IMG/VR virus record: IMGVR_UViG_3300008952_000005
Coordinates: 1-64,000 of that record
DNA: 64,000 nucleotides
Direction: 5' to 3' (one strand)
Source of the DNA: a virus
The position numbers and the translations under genes were made by a program. The notes under the pieces are model-generated. The model did no database searches, was not told where the DNA came from, and saw nothing but the letters and a program-made list of their open reading frames with translations. This document shows positions 57,006 to 64,000 of this stretch, in pieces (the first letter of the stretch is position 1; each line of letters begins with the position of its first letter).

Positions 57006-57880
57006 TTACTAGATTTTAATAAATAGCCTATCTCTAATCCTAGCTCATCTGCTTTATCAATAGTTTTAGATGATTTTGAATAGAATCTATCTTTACCATC
57101 TGGTGAAAATAGTTCTGCTTCAAGATTTATCGTATTACCATCAATATTTGCAAATACACCTACCGCTGTATCACAATCTCCTTCTATAATCTTAAGCACG
57201 TTCCTTTCTGCCTTAACACAATTGTGTGTTTCTGTATGATTAACACTTTCTAATAACTCAATTATCTCTTCATCATTATCTCTACATTGTAAAGCAATAA
57301 CTCCTTGACCAGCACAAGGTATCATTTCACTAGTAGAAAACGTTTGAGAAATCTTGTTCTCTAAACCTAATGATTGAATTCCTGCATAAGACAAAATTAT
57401 AGCGTCAAATAAACCATCATTTAGTTTTTTAATTCGTGTATCAACGTTTCCTCTTATTAACTTATAATTAAGGTCTTCTCTTATTCTTTTTAATTGGAAT
57501 TCTCTTCTAAATGAAGAAGTACCTATAATTGAATTTGGAGCTAAATCTTTTAAGTGTTTATTATCTCTACTAATTAAAATTTCTCTTGGATCGTTTCTTT
57601 CTAAAAAACAGTTTGTTAATAAACCTTCTGTTTCTTCCGTTGGCATATCTTTTAATGCGTGGACGGCTATATCTATTTTTTTACTTAATAATTCTTCTTC
57701 AATCTTTTTAGAAAATAGTCCTTTACCTCCAGCTTCAGAAAGTCTTACATCTTTAAGTTGGTCGCCCTTGGTTTCAATTTCTTTGATAATTACTTCTTTG
57801 TTTAATACTGCTTTAGCTTTTTCAGCATAGATACGTGCTAATTTACTTCCTCTTGATCCTATTATAAGTGATGTCGGCAT
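57002..57880 (-). CDS. hemC: porphobilinogen deaminase (hydroxymethylbilane synthase)
   Basis: IIGSRGSKLA, TKGD, GGKGLFSKKIE, DIAVHALKDMP, REDP-like RNDPRE, IGTSSFRR, IRGNVDTR, cofactor Cys in EGDCD. Confidence 0.96.
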   Translation of the reverse strand: MPTSLIIGSRGSKLARIYAEKAKAVLNKEVIIKEIETKGDQLKDVRLSEAGGKGLFSKKIEEELLSKKIDIAVHALKDMPTEETEGLLTNCFLERNDPREILISRDNKHLKDLAPNSIIGTSSFRREFQLKRIREDLNYKLIRGNVDTRIKKLNDGLFDAIILSYAGIQSLGLENKISQTFSTSEMIPCAGQGVIALQCRDNDEEIIELLESVNHTETHNCVKAERNVLKIIEGDCDTAVGVFANIDGNTINLEAELFSPDGKDRFYSKSSKTIDKADELGLEIGYLLKSSN

Positions 57881-58656
57881 AATCGTCTTGCACCATAAGT
57901 TATCATATAACAAGCACCTGCTCTTTTGAATATGTGATATGTTTCTTCTAAACTACCAGGCGCACCAATACCTAACCATTCTCCAGATGTTTGATATACA
58001 CCTACAGGTTTCTTTGTAATATTTCTTATTGGTTCAATTAAGTCTAAACTTGTCATACCAGGTTTTACCATTAATTCATCTGCGCCATCATCTGAATATT
58101 TTATAGACCTTGCAATTGCCTTATGTCTATCGCTAACATCTAATTGATAGGGTCTATGAATACCTTTTGGTATCTTCATTACATCACGCCAACCTCTATA
58201 AAATGTTGAACGAAATTTTGTACTATAACTCATTACAGGTATCTGACCATTATTAATTGATTTAATATTCTTAACTGTATTGTCTTGACAATCACTTGGC
58301 GCTACTGTAGCACCTGACGCTGTGTAAATCTCTACGGCTGATTGTAGTAATAGGTCATCTGTTTTTTCTTGGTCTCCTGTTACACAACAATGTCCGTCTT
58401 GCGTGTAAGAACATAAACATACATCAACATTTAATTTTATAGGTAACGTTGAAAGACTAGCGGCAGTTAAACAAACTTCCTCAAAGTTAAATAACTTTAA
58501 TTCAGGTATGTAAAATAAAAGAAATTCTTTTACTCCTAAATCAATATCTTTCTTAACACGTTCTTTAACTTCTTTTGCATTAAAGATTTTATTATCTTCT
58601 CCTAGTCCAGTTTCTCTTGTAGTATTACTGGCGAATATCGGTTGTATTAATCTCAT
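57862..58656 (-). CDS. hemB: porphobilinogen synthase (ALA dehydratase), shortened, Zn-type
   Basis: DVCLCSYTQDGHC (CxCx7C), VAPSD, VMSYSTKF (first Schiff-base Lys), YQLD, GADELMVKPG (second Lys), YQTSGE, RAGA..MITY. Confidence 0.9.
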   Translation of the reverse strand: MRLIQPIFASNTTRETGLGEDNKIFNAKEVKERVKKDIDLGVKEFLLFYIPELKLFNFEEVCLTAASLSTLPIKLNVDVCLCSYTQDGHCCVTGDQEKTDDLLLQSAVEIYTASGATVAPSDCQDNTVKNIKSINNGQIPVMSYSTKFRSTFYRGWRDVMKIPKGIHRPYQLDVSDRHKAIARSIKYSDDGADELMVKPGMTSLDLIEPIRNITKKPVGVYQTSGEWLGIGAPGSLEETYHIFKRAGACYMITYGARRLCRHHL

Positions 58657-58660
58657 TATA

Positions 58661-59440
58661 TTATTCTTCCCATATCGCACCTGGTGGCATAGACATTAAT
58701 ATTGCTTCAGGATTTCCTCCACTTCTCAATCCAAACTTTGTTCCTCTATCATACATTAAATTAAATTCAACGTATCGTCCACGTTTTAATAGTTGTGTGT
58801 ATTTATCTTGCTTCGTATATTTTAAATTCATCTTTGGTGTTATAATCTCTTTAAGTAATTGACAAAAGGTTCTACCAACATCTTTAACAAATTCAAAATG
58901 TTTCTTACCATATTTGTAATCAAAGAAGATACCACCTACACCTCTTGTTTCTTCTCTATGGGGTAAATAAAAATACTCATCACACCATTTCTTATATGTT
59001 TTGTAATAAAGTTTATTATGTCTATCACATAATTGTTTTAATCTGTAATGCCATAAATTTCTTTCTACATCATCTTTCAAACACGGTGTCATATCTGTAC
59101 CACCACCAAACCAACTTTTTTCTGTTTCAATATATCTTGTATTAAAATGTATTGCAGGTACTTTAGGATTCTTTGGATGTAATACTACTGATACTCCTGT
59201 TGACCAGAAGTTTCTACTATGTTTTGTACCAGGGATTTCTTTTGCAAAGTCTTTTGGAAACTTACCTACAACATTACTAAAGGTGACACCTCCCTTTTCA
59301 ATCACATCACCTTTAATTGTTTTAAAGTTACCAAATTTCCATTTGTTATCTTTAAATTTTGCTTTAGTTTCTAACTCTTCAATAGTCTGACAAATTAACT
59401 TTTGCAACTCCATAAACCATTGCAACGCTTCTTGTTTCAT
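58661..59440 (-). CDS. hemF: oxygen-dependent coproporphyrinogen III oxidase
   Basis: EKGGVTFSNV, HPKNPKVPAIHFNTRY, WFGGGTDMTP, WCDEYFYLPHREETRGVGGIFFD, RGRYVEFNLMYDRGTKFGL, ILMSMPP. Confidence 0.96.
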   Translation of the reverse strand: MKQEALQWFMELQKLICQTIEELETKAKFKDNKWKFGNFKTIKGDVIEKGGVTFSNVVGKFPKDFAKEIPGTKHSRNFWSTGVSVVLHPKNPKVPAIHFNTRYIETEKSWFGGGTDMTPCLKDDVERNLWHYRLKQLCDRHNKLYYKTYKKWCDEYFYLPHREETRGVGGIFFDYKYGKKHFEFVKDVGRTFCQLLKEIITPKMNLKYTKQDKYTQLLKRGRYVEFNLMYDRGTKFGLRSGGNPEAILMSMPPGAIWEE

Positions 59441-60222
59441 TACTTTATTTCAGCGGCTATTCTTGAAGCAAAGCTACTTTCTTCTTTTTTTAATTTTACT
59501 TCTTCAAGTGTCTTTGATTCAGCTTTAGGATGATTAAAGTATAAATTGCCTGATACACTTATTCTTGTTCCTTTTGTTTTAAAAGGAATTACTTGATGTC
59601 TTAATTGTGCTGGAAATATCCACATACCACCCATTTGAGGATTATAACCATATGAGTGTTCTGCCCAAGTTGGATTAGCTTGTTCACCATAATGAAACGT
59701 AACACCACCTGGACCAAAACTCTTGCCTTTATAATTTTTTCTTTCTTCTGTTAAGTCTGGCGTATTTAAAAAGATAACCCAAGATAACATTCCATCGTGT
59801 GTATGTTCAGGATTAGCTTCGTTCTCTTTCATATAATTAATCCATAAGTTCATAAGTGTAAATTTTGTTGAAAATCGGTCTTCTGTAAAAGGTTGTCCAA
59901 TATAGTTCGCTGACGCTTTAACGTAATCATTAATGTATCGTTGAAACTCTTTTATAAACCATTTTTTATCTTCTAAACCAAAACCTCGTTGGTCTTCTAT
60001 TATCCCTGCTAAGTTTTCATTGACTGAACCTGGTATTAGTTTTTGTCCTCTTTCAGTAAGTCCTTCTAATAACTCTTGATGAACATAATACATTGCCACA
60101 TAAGGACCAAAATTTAAATTACCACCCCTTTGTTCGTCTTCAACAGGTTGCATAAACTCTTTATGTTTACGGTGATTTAAAAAATGTGGATTAAATTTAT
60201 CGTTATTATCTGTCATATCCAA
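59440..60222 (-). CDS. putative 2OG-Fe(II) oxygenase
   Basis: WINYM, NPEHTHDG.LSWVIFL, IFPAQLRHQVIPF, RISVSGN. Confidence 0.75.
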   Translation of the reverse strand: MDMTDNNDKFNPHFLNHRKHKEFMQPVEDEQRGGNLNFGPYVAMYYVHQELLEGLTERGQKLIPGSVNENLAGIIEDQRGFGLEDKKWFIKEFQRYINDYVKASANYIGQPFTEDRFSTKFTLMNLWINYMKENEANPEHTHDGMLSWVIFLNTPDLTEERKNYKGKSFGPGGVTFHYGEQANPTWAEHSYGYNPQMGGMWIFPAQLRHQVIPFKTKGTRISVSGNLYFNHPKAESKTLEEVKLKKEESSFASRIAAEIK

Positions 60223-60398
60223 TAATCATATTCATTTGGTTTAGGTTTGTATCCGTCATTATCAAAATGTTTATCTGCCCATATTGAAAAACATAAGACA
60301 ATCATTGCAAATCCAATTATCAACCAAAGACCCTTTCCTTCTTCCCAATTTGTTAATAAGTACCATAGTACTTGTAGTCCATTCATTTCATCATACAT
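60213..60398 (-). CDS. small membrane protein
   Basis: One hydrophobic helix LWLIIGFAMIVLCFSIW; coupled to neighbours. Confidence 0.6.
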   Translation of the reverse strand: MYDEMNGLQVLWYLLTNWEEGKGLWLIIGFAMIVLCFSIWADKHFDNDGYKPKPNEYDYWI

Positions 60399-60400
60399 AG

Positions 60401-60883
60401 TTATTCTTTCCTTATTTTATCCATTTTTTGTAAAACTGCTTCTTGTTGTCTTTCATTATAAAACCTTTTATGTTCTTCTTCTGTAATCGTTGCTTTTCGT
60501 CCATCACGTACTATTATCTTTAGTTCTGTATCTGTTAAATATATTACTGGTGAGATATAATATATGCCTTGATAACTATAAGGTTTGTTAACATCTGGAT
60601 CCATAACGTAATCATATTTAGTTTCTTTTTTTGGTATCGTATCATAATGCACTCCTTTATCTATGTTCCAACAATGATGGATGATTGGTGTTGCATTGAT
60701 ACTTTCATTATAATTATCAACCAACCAACCTGTAATAAACTTCGTACCAAAGTTTTTTGCTTCTACGACAGACATAGTAATACACTCACGTCTTTGATAA
60801 TTACTATTCGGTCTATGTTCAACCTTTTCTATGTATTGTGCGTTTGGTCTATACTTTAGAAATTGTTGTGTTGCGTTTTTCAT
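60401..60883 (-). CDS. hypothetical protein, possible transglutaminase/papain-like Cys-His-Asp fold
   Basis: REC...ITGWLV...HHCWN...HYDT. Confidence 0.45.
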   Translation of the reverse strand: MKNATQQFLKYRPNAQYIEKVEHRPNSNYQRRECITMSVVEAKNFGTKFITGWLVDNYNESINATPIIHHCWNIDKGVHYDTIPKKETKYDYVMDPDVNKPYSYQGIYYISPVIYLTDTELKIIVRDGRKATITEEEHKRFYNERQQEAVLQKMDKIRKE

Positions 60884-61031
60884 ACTGTAGTTTGTCTTTC
60901 AATGCGAGTTTCATTTTCTTTAAGTCTTTCAATTCTCGCCAAGAAGTAAATGACCTATCGTTCTTTCTTACTGCCTCCTGTAGATTTACTTTTCTTTTTA
61001 AGTCTTTGTGATTTGCTTTTAATTCCGCCAT
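60849..61031 (-). CDS. DUF465/YdcH-like coiled-coil protein
   Basis: ELKANHKDLKRKV...ELKDLKKMKLALKDKL; AAGGAC RBS. Confidence 0.55.
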   Translation of the reverse strand: MAELKANHKDLKRKVNLQEAVRKNDRSFTSWRELKDLKKMKLALKDKLQYEKRNTTISKV

Positions 61032-61392
61032 ATATTGTCCTTTCGTCTATATCGTGTATTCGTGGGTTATATCCTTTCGGCCAATTCAGATTGAGTGTTA
61101 AAGTAGAATCATCTTGACATATTATTCTTATTTGGTGTCCTGTGGGTGTTGAGTTATCCCAATAACGTTCATAGTTATTTAAGTTAATGACTTGATGTTT
61201 TTTCTTCTTTGATTTTTTCTTGACTGAATCAAACATACCCGAGTTGGGTGTGTTGTTTGCGATATCATCTAAAAATTTGGAATCTTTAGGACTTGCGTTA
61301 AAGTCATACGTAGCAGGATAGATACCTGCGTCTTGTTCTTGCGCTATTTTTTGTGCAAAGGTCTCCATAATATTAACATTACTTTTATTCAT
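60955..61392 (-). CDS. hypothetical protein
   Basis: AGGAG RBS and late promoter upstream. Confidence 0.6.
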   Translation of the reverse strand: MNKSNVNIMETFAQKIAQEQDAGIYPATYDFNASPKDSKFLDDIANNTPNSGMFDSVKKKSKKKKHQVINLNNYERYWDNSTPTGHQIRIICQDDSTLTLNLNWPKGYNPRIHDIDERTIYGGIKSKSQRLKKKSKSTGGSKKER

Positions 61393-61411
61393 ACATAATC
61401 TCCTATAATAC

Positions 61412-61419
61412 TATTTATA
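61412..61419 (-). promoter_or_regulatory. T4-type late promoter heading the run that includes hemF-hemB-hemC
   Basis: Exact match, intergenic. Confidence 0.8.
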
Positions 61420-61478
61420 AGACCTGCGCCCACGCTTAGAGGTACTACGATTGATTCAGATTCGCAAAAATTTCAGAC

Positions 61479-61517
61479 TTGACATTACCAGCCAAACCTG
61501 ATAAACTCTTATAAATA
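61479..61517 (+). promoter_or_regulatory. tandem sigma70 and late promoters
   Basis: TTGACA-17 bp-TAAACT (TGn-extended), then TATAAATA at 61510-61517. Confidence 0.7.
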
Positions 61518-61527
61518 TAACTTTAGA

Positions 61528-61803
61528 ATGGTTGTACCGTCTAAAAACAAAATCATCATAGAATCAAGCCATCATAGTCACACCTTTGCTGACGTAGACT
61601 TTATCGTTTACTGCCAAAAAGCCTTATATAGTAAACAACCATTTCGTGTAAGAATTGTAGATTGGGAACCAGAATATTGTATTGCCTATATAAAAACATT
61701 ACGTTTACACGACAGATGGAAACCTTTAACTATTACGTATAAAAGACAAGGACATTATATCTATTTGTGGAATAAAAACTATGTAAAAGGAAAGAGATAT
61801 TGA
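61528..61803 (+). CDS. hypothetical protein
   Basis: 91-aa ORF in an intergenic gap with tandem sigma70 and late promoters directly upstream. Confidence 0.65.
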   Translation: MVVPSKNKIIIESSHHSHTFADVDFIVYCQKALYSKQPFRVRIVDWEPEYCIAYIKTLRLHDRWKPLTITYKRQGHYIYLWNKNYVKGKRY

Positions 61804-61869
61804 AATTTGACGTTTTTGGTGCTTAGGTACTTGGAGCATTCTTGCAGACACTACACGTCTATATATAAT

Positions 61870-61935
61870 TTATAAGTTTCCAAGAATTACAGCCATTATA
61901 ACAAATACAATGAATAGTATATAAACGCTAATCAT
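61870..61935 (-). CDS. possible 21-aa transmembrane peptide
   Basis: MISVYILFIVFVIMAVILGNL; start overlaps stop of upstream ORF. Confidence 0.3.
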   Translation of the reverse strand: MISVYILFIVFVIMAVILGNL

Positions 61936-62284
61936 CCCAAGGAAAAACCTCATCTAATTTATTTCTTGCACGTAGGACAACTTTACGTCCTGGCTTTGTA
62001 TATGGGATTGCTTTAACTTGGTCTTTGGGTTCGCCTTCCCATTCAAATCTGTAATCCTCATTTTCTGGTATCCAATTAACACTTGGTGTTTCATAGGCCT
62101 CTTGTGGAAGTTTAGTCCAGATACTATCAAAGAGTTCTTGCTCGGACATCAACCCCATTTGGTTATACACTTTACCGTGCATTTCTTTGGACATCAACCG
62201 AAGTTTCTCTTTATTGTATTCTATCTTACGTTGAAAGTCCCAGTACTCTTTTAAGTCGGCGTATGATTCTTTTGTGATGGACAT
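61928..62284 (-). CDS. hypothetical protein
   Basis: Intact 118-aa ORF; CATAAATA late-promoter variant just upstream. Confidence 0.7.
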   Translation of the reverse strand: MSITKESYADLKEYWDFQRKIEYNKEKLRLMSKEMHGKVYNQMGLMSEQELFDSIWTKLPQEAYETPSVNWIPENEDYRFEWEGEPKDQVKAIPYTKPGRKVVLRARNKLDEVFPWDD

Positions 62285-62455
62285 TATAGAGATATTTATG
62301 CTGGCCGGTTTTTTTCTGGAAAAGGAAGTGTGTATATTGTTTGTGTCTGTTATTGCATTTATAGTTTAAATTTTTTAATTTTTTAAACAAATGCGTTTTC
62401 TCTGGCCTCGTTTTTCAGATTCCGTTTTGGTTTATTTTTGAGTTGAATATATATG

Positions 62456-63553
62456 TTATTGACCTGGCATACTGCCTGGGTTTAAGTCAATTGTAGACCC
62501 TTTGTGTACGACAGCGCCTGTGGTACTTGATGTCTTCGTGCCTTCAATGATTTCTGATTTATAGCCTTCTATGACAGAAGAGTAGTTGCCTTTTACTTTC
62601 AAATTATAATCACCTCCACTATTGACATTGATGTTGCCTTCTACGGTGACCAAATTGATATTGCCTTTGTCCACTTGTATATTCACATTGGCATTGGGAC
62701 CTATTTGTATATCGTAATTGTTATTGGCTTGTTGGCTTTTGTTAATAAAAATCTTGTGGCGACCATCTATAGTAATGTCACTTTTCCCGCCGATACTGTA
62801 ACGACTGTCACCTGTTGTAATACTGTAAATATCTTTTTTGTTAAGGTAAGTAATGTTGCCTTCAGGATCAATTTCATAAGAGGTGCCTTTTCTATGCGCC
62901 TGATAAATTCTTTCGGTGCCAACTGAATCGTCTATTTCAAAAATATGCCCTTGTTCACTTTCATAAACTTTGTTATGAGGATAAACAGCGTTATAGGTAA
63001 TTTCATTTTCATCCCAGGTGTCACCATCACTTGCAGGCATATCGGAATAATTGCTTGCCTTCGTTGCGTTAAAGTCTGCCGTCGGTACGCCTTTAGTCCG
63101 CAATTCTTTACGCAATGTTAAACTTTCGTGAGGAGTACTAGTACTGTTCACCGCCAGTCTATTGACATCACTCTCACCTATATGTTTAGGATAAATGTCA
63201 TTCGGGTCGGCAAAACCTTTTGTAGAGTCGCCTTTCGCAATGGGATTGCCTGGCATTGAACCAATTACACACGGCTCTTGACAACTTGCGCCATCTCTAA
63301 AATATCCAAAGACCCAACTGCCTTCAACCAAAAAGGTCGGCGAGTGTCCAAGACCGCTTATGCCTGGTGATGTAACAGGCAGTATGACTTGCGCCCAAGG
63401 TAAATCTTCTGTAGACAAAACTTCTTTATCATCTGTATGTATGCCAAGACAACGCACTCGCACTCGGCCAACCTGCATTGGGTCGTTTCTATCTTCAACG
63501 ACACCGTGAAAGTAAATGAAGTTCTGAAATCCTAAAATATTTGTCGTGGCCAT
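62456..63553 (-). CDS. gp5: baseplate hub/spike protein gp5 (OB-fold plus beta-helix, no lysozyme domain evident)
   Basis: FHGVVEDRNDPMQVGRVRVRCLGIH, LPWA, GSWVFGYFRDG, YPHNKVYESEQGHIFEIDDS..ERI..AHRKGT. Confidence 0.92.
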   Translation of the reverse strand: MATTNILGFQNFIYFHGVVEDRNDPMQVGRVRVRCLGIHTDDKEVLSTEDLPWAQVILPVTSPGISGLGHSPTFLVEGSWVFGYFRDGASCQEPCVIGSMPGNPIAKGDSTKGFADPNDIYPKHIGESDVNRLAVNSTSTPHESLTLRKELRTKGVPTADFNATKASNYSDMPASDGDTWDENEITYNAVYPHNKVYESEQGHIFEIDDSVGTERIYQAHRKGTSYEIDPEGNITYLNKKDIYSITTGDSRYSIGGKSDITIDGRHKIFINKSQQANNNYDIQIGPNANVNIQVDKGNINLVTVEGNINVNSGGDYNLKVKGNYSSVIEGYKSEIIEGTKTSSTTGAVVHKGSTIDLNPGSMPGQ

Positions 63554-63584
63554 TTAGTTTTTTCCCATATTGTTTTTCTTTTAA

Positions 63585-63738
63585 TGCGTAGCACTTACGC
63601 AATATAATATTATTTAGTTATCCTTTACGCAACCTTTACGCAGGTTCGTGTGCATTCTGCGTAAACTATTTCCTTTACGCAGGCGAGTTTGCGTACCTTC
63701 CGAGTTCTTTACGCACTCTTTACGCACCTTTGCGTAAA
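63585..63738. repeat. cluster of ~10 TTTACGCA/TGCGTAAA copies in direct and inverted orientation
   Basis: Full octamers at 63624, 63635, 63658(rc), 63674, 63708, 63719, 63731(rc); partial copies at 63585(rc), 63595, 63690(rc). Confidence 0.9.
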
Positions 63739-63870
63739 AGGTATTATTGTACCTAATAGCCAATCCGAACACATCTTGGTTACCGTCGGATGGCTGTGTG
63801 GCTTCGGAGTACAGCCAAGTACGCTTAGGTATACCTGGCGACCTTGCTGTGGTCTGCTCAGTTGGTCTGC

Positions 63871-63899
63871 GTTATACACTATTCCGCTCACATTGTCAA
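63871..63899 (-). promoter_or_regulatory. sigma70-type promoter
   Basis: TTGACA-17 bp-TATAAC on the minus strand. Confidence 0.6.
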
Positions 63900-63917
63900 T
63901 GGGTGAAGTTCGGAGTT

Positions 63918-63932
63918 GTTCTATATTTGTTC
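63918..63932 (-). promoter_or_regulatory. alphaproteobacterial-type LexA box
   Basis: GTTC-TATATTT-GTTC; minus strand TAGAACAAATATAGAACA, 18 bp upstream of the -35. Confidence 0.55.
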
Positions 63933-64000
63933 TAATATGCTGTGTCATAGTTCTGTCATATTCTCTACGTATGCCTGCTGTAGTGGTAGTCTTACACGTC

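Noticed and set aside
60213-61392. hemD, hemE, hemJ or hemH among hypothetical ORFs near the hem cluster
   Set aside because: None shows recognisable motifs or suitable length
628-62926. Numerous 60-150-aa ORFs antisense to long genes (e.g. 628-1008, 5073-5438, 11806-12261, 46488-46832, 55893-56285)
   Set aside because: They lie wholly opposite well-supported genes, lack RBS or motifs and are typical shadow frames
63585-63738. Octamer array as a CRISPR array
   Set aside because: Repeats are 8 bp, in mixed orientation with 2-20-bp gaps; no cas genes
63878-63895. lac-operator-like TGTGAGCGGA in the promoter spacer
   Set aside because: Only a 10-bp half match with no symmetric partner; likely coincidence
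63709-63948. 79-aa minus-strand ORF and 62-aa plus-strand ORF at the right end
   Set aside because: No motifs or RBS; they span promoter, LexA-like and repeat elements. Cannot be fully excluded because the window ends nearby
61928-64000. Apparent GC/codon shift suggesting a foreign gp5 module
   Set aside because: Spot counts overlap those of other structural genes such as gp18; needs a proper codon-usage computation

Overview
64 kb from the late (virion morphogenesis) region of an AT-rich marine T4-like myovirus, almost all on the minus strand. The alphaproteobacterial-type ALA synthase and two alphaproteobacterial-type LexA boxes point to an alphaproteobacterial host, plausibly SAR11-like (inference). 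Core genes: gp19 (partial), gp18, gp17, gp16, gp15, gp14, gp13, a large tail-fibre/adhesin cluster including a 2429-aa repeat protein, a DUF4815-type protein, gp8, gp9/10-like, gp7, gp6, gp25, PAAR gp5.4 and gp5. T4-type TATAAATA late promoters punctuate the region. The main finding is a dispersed tetrapyrrole pathway: hemA (ALA synthase) between gp16 and gp17, a hemF-hemB-hemC cluster, and heme oxygenase plus a PcyX/PcyA-type bilin reductase. Other accessory cargo: a split TctC/TctA transporter, an island of ATP-grasp, hydroxylase, methyltransferase, radical-SAM and glycosyltransferase genes, ribosomal protein bL12, and a non-coding leader upstream of gp5 with ~10 TTTACGCA copies. Family calls come from motif recognition by eye, not database searches. 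Several start codons were adjusted from the ORF track.
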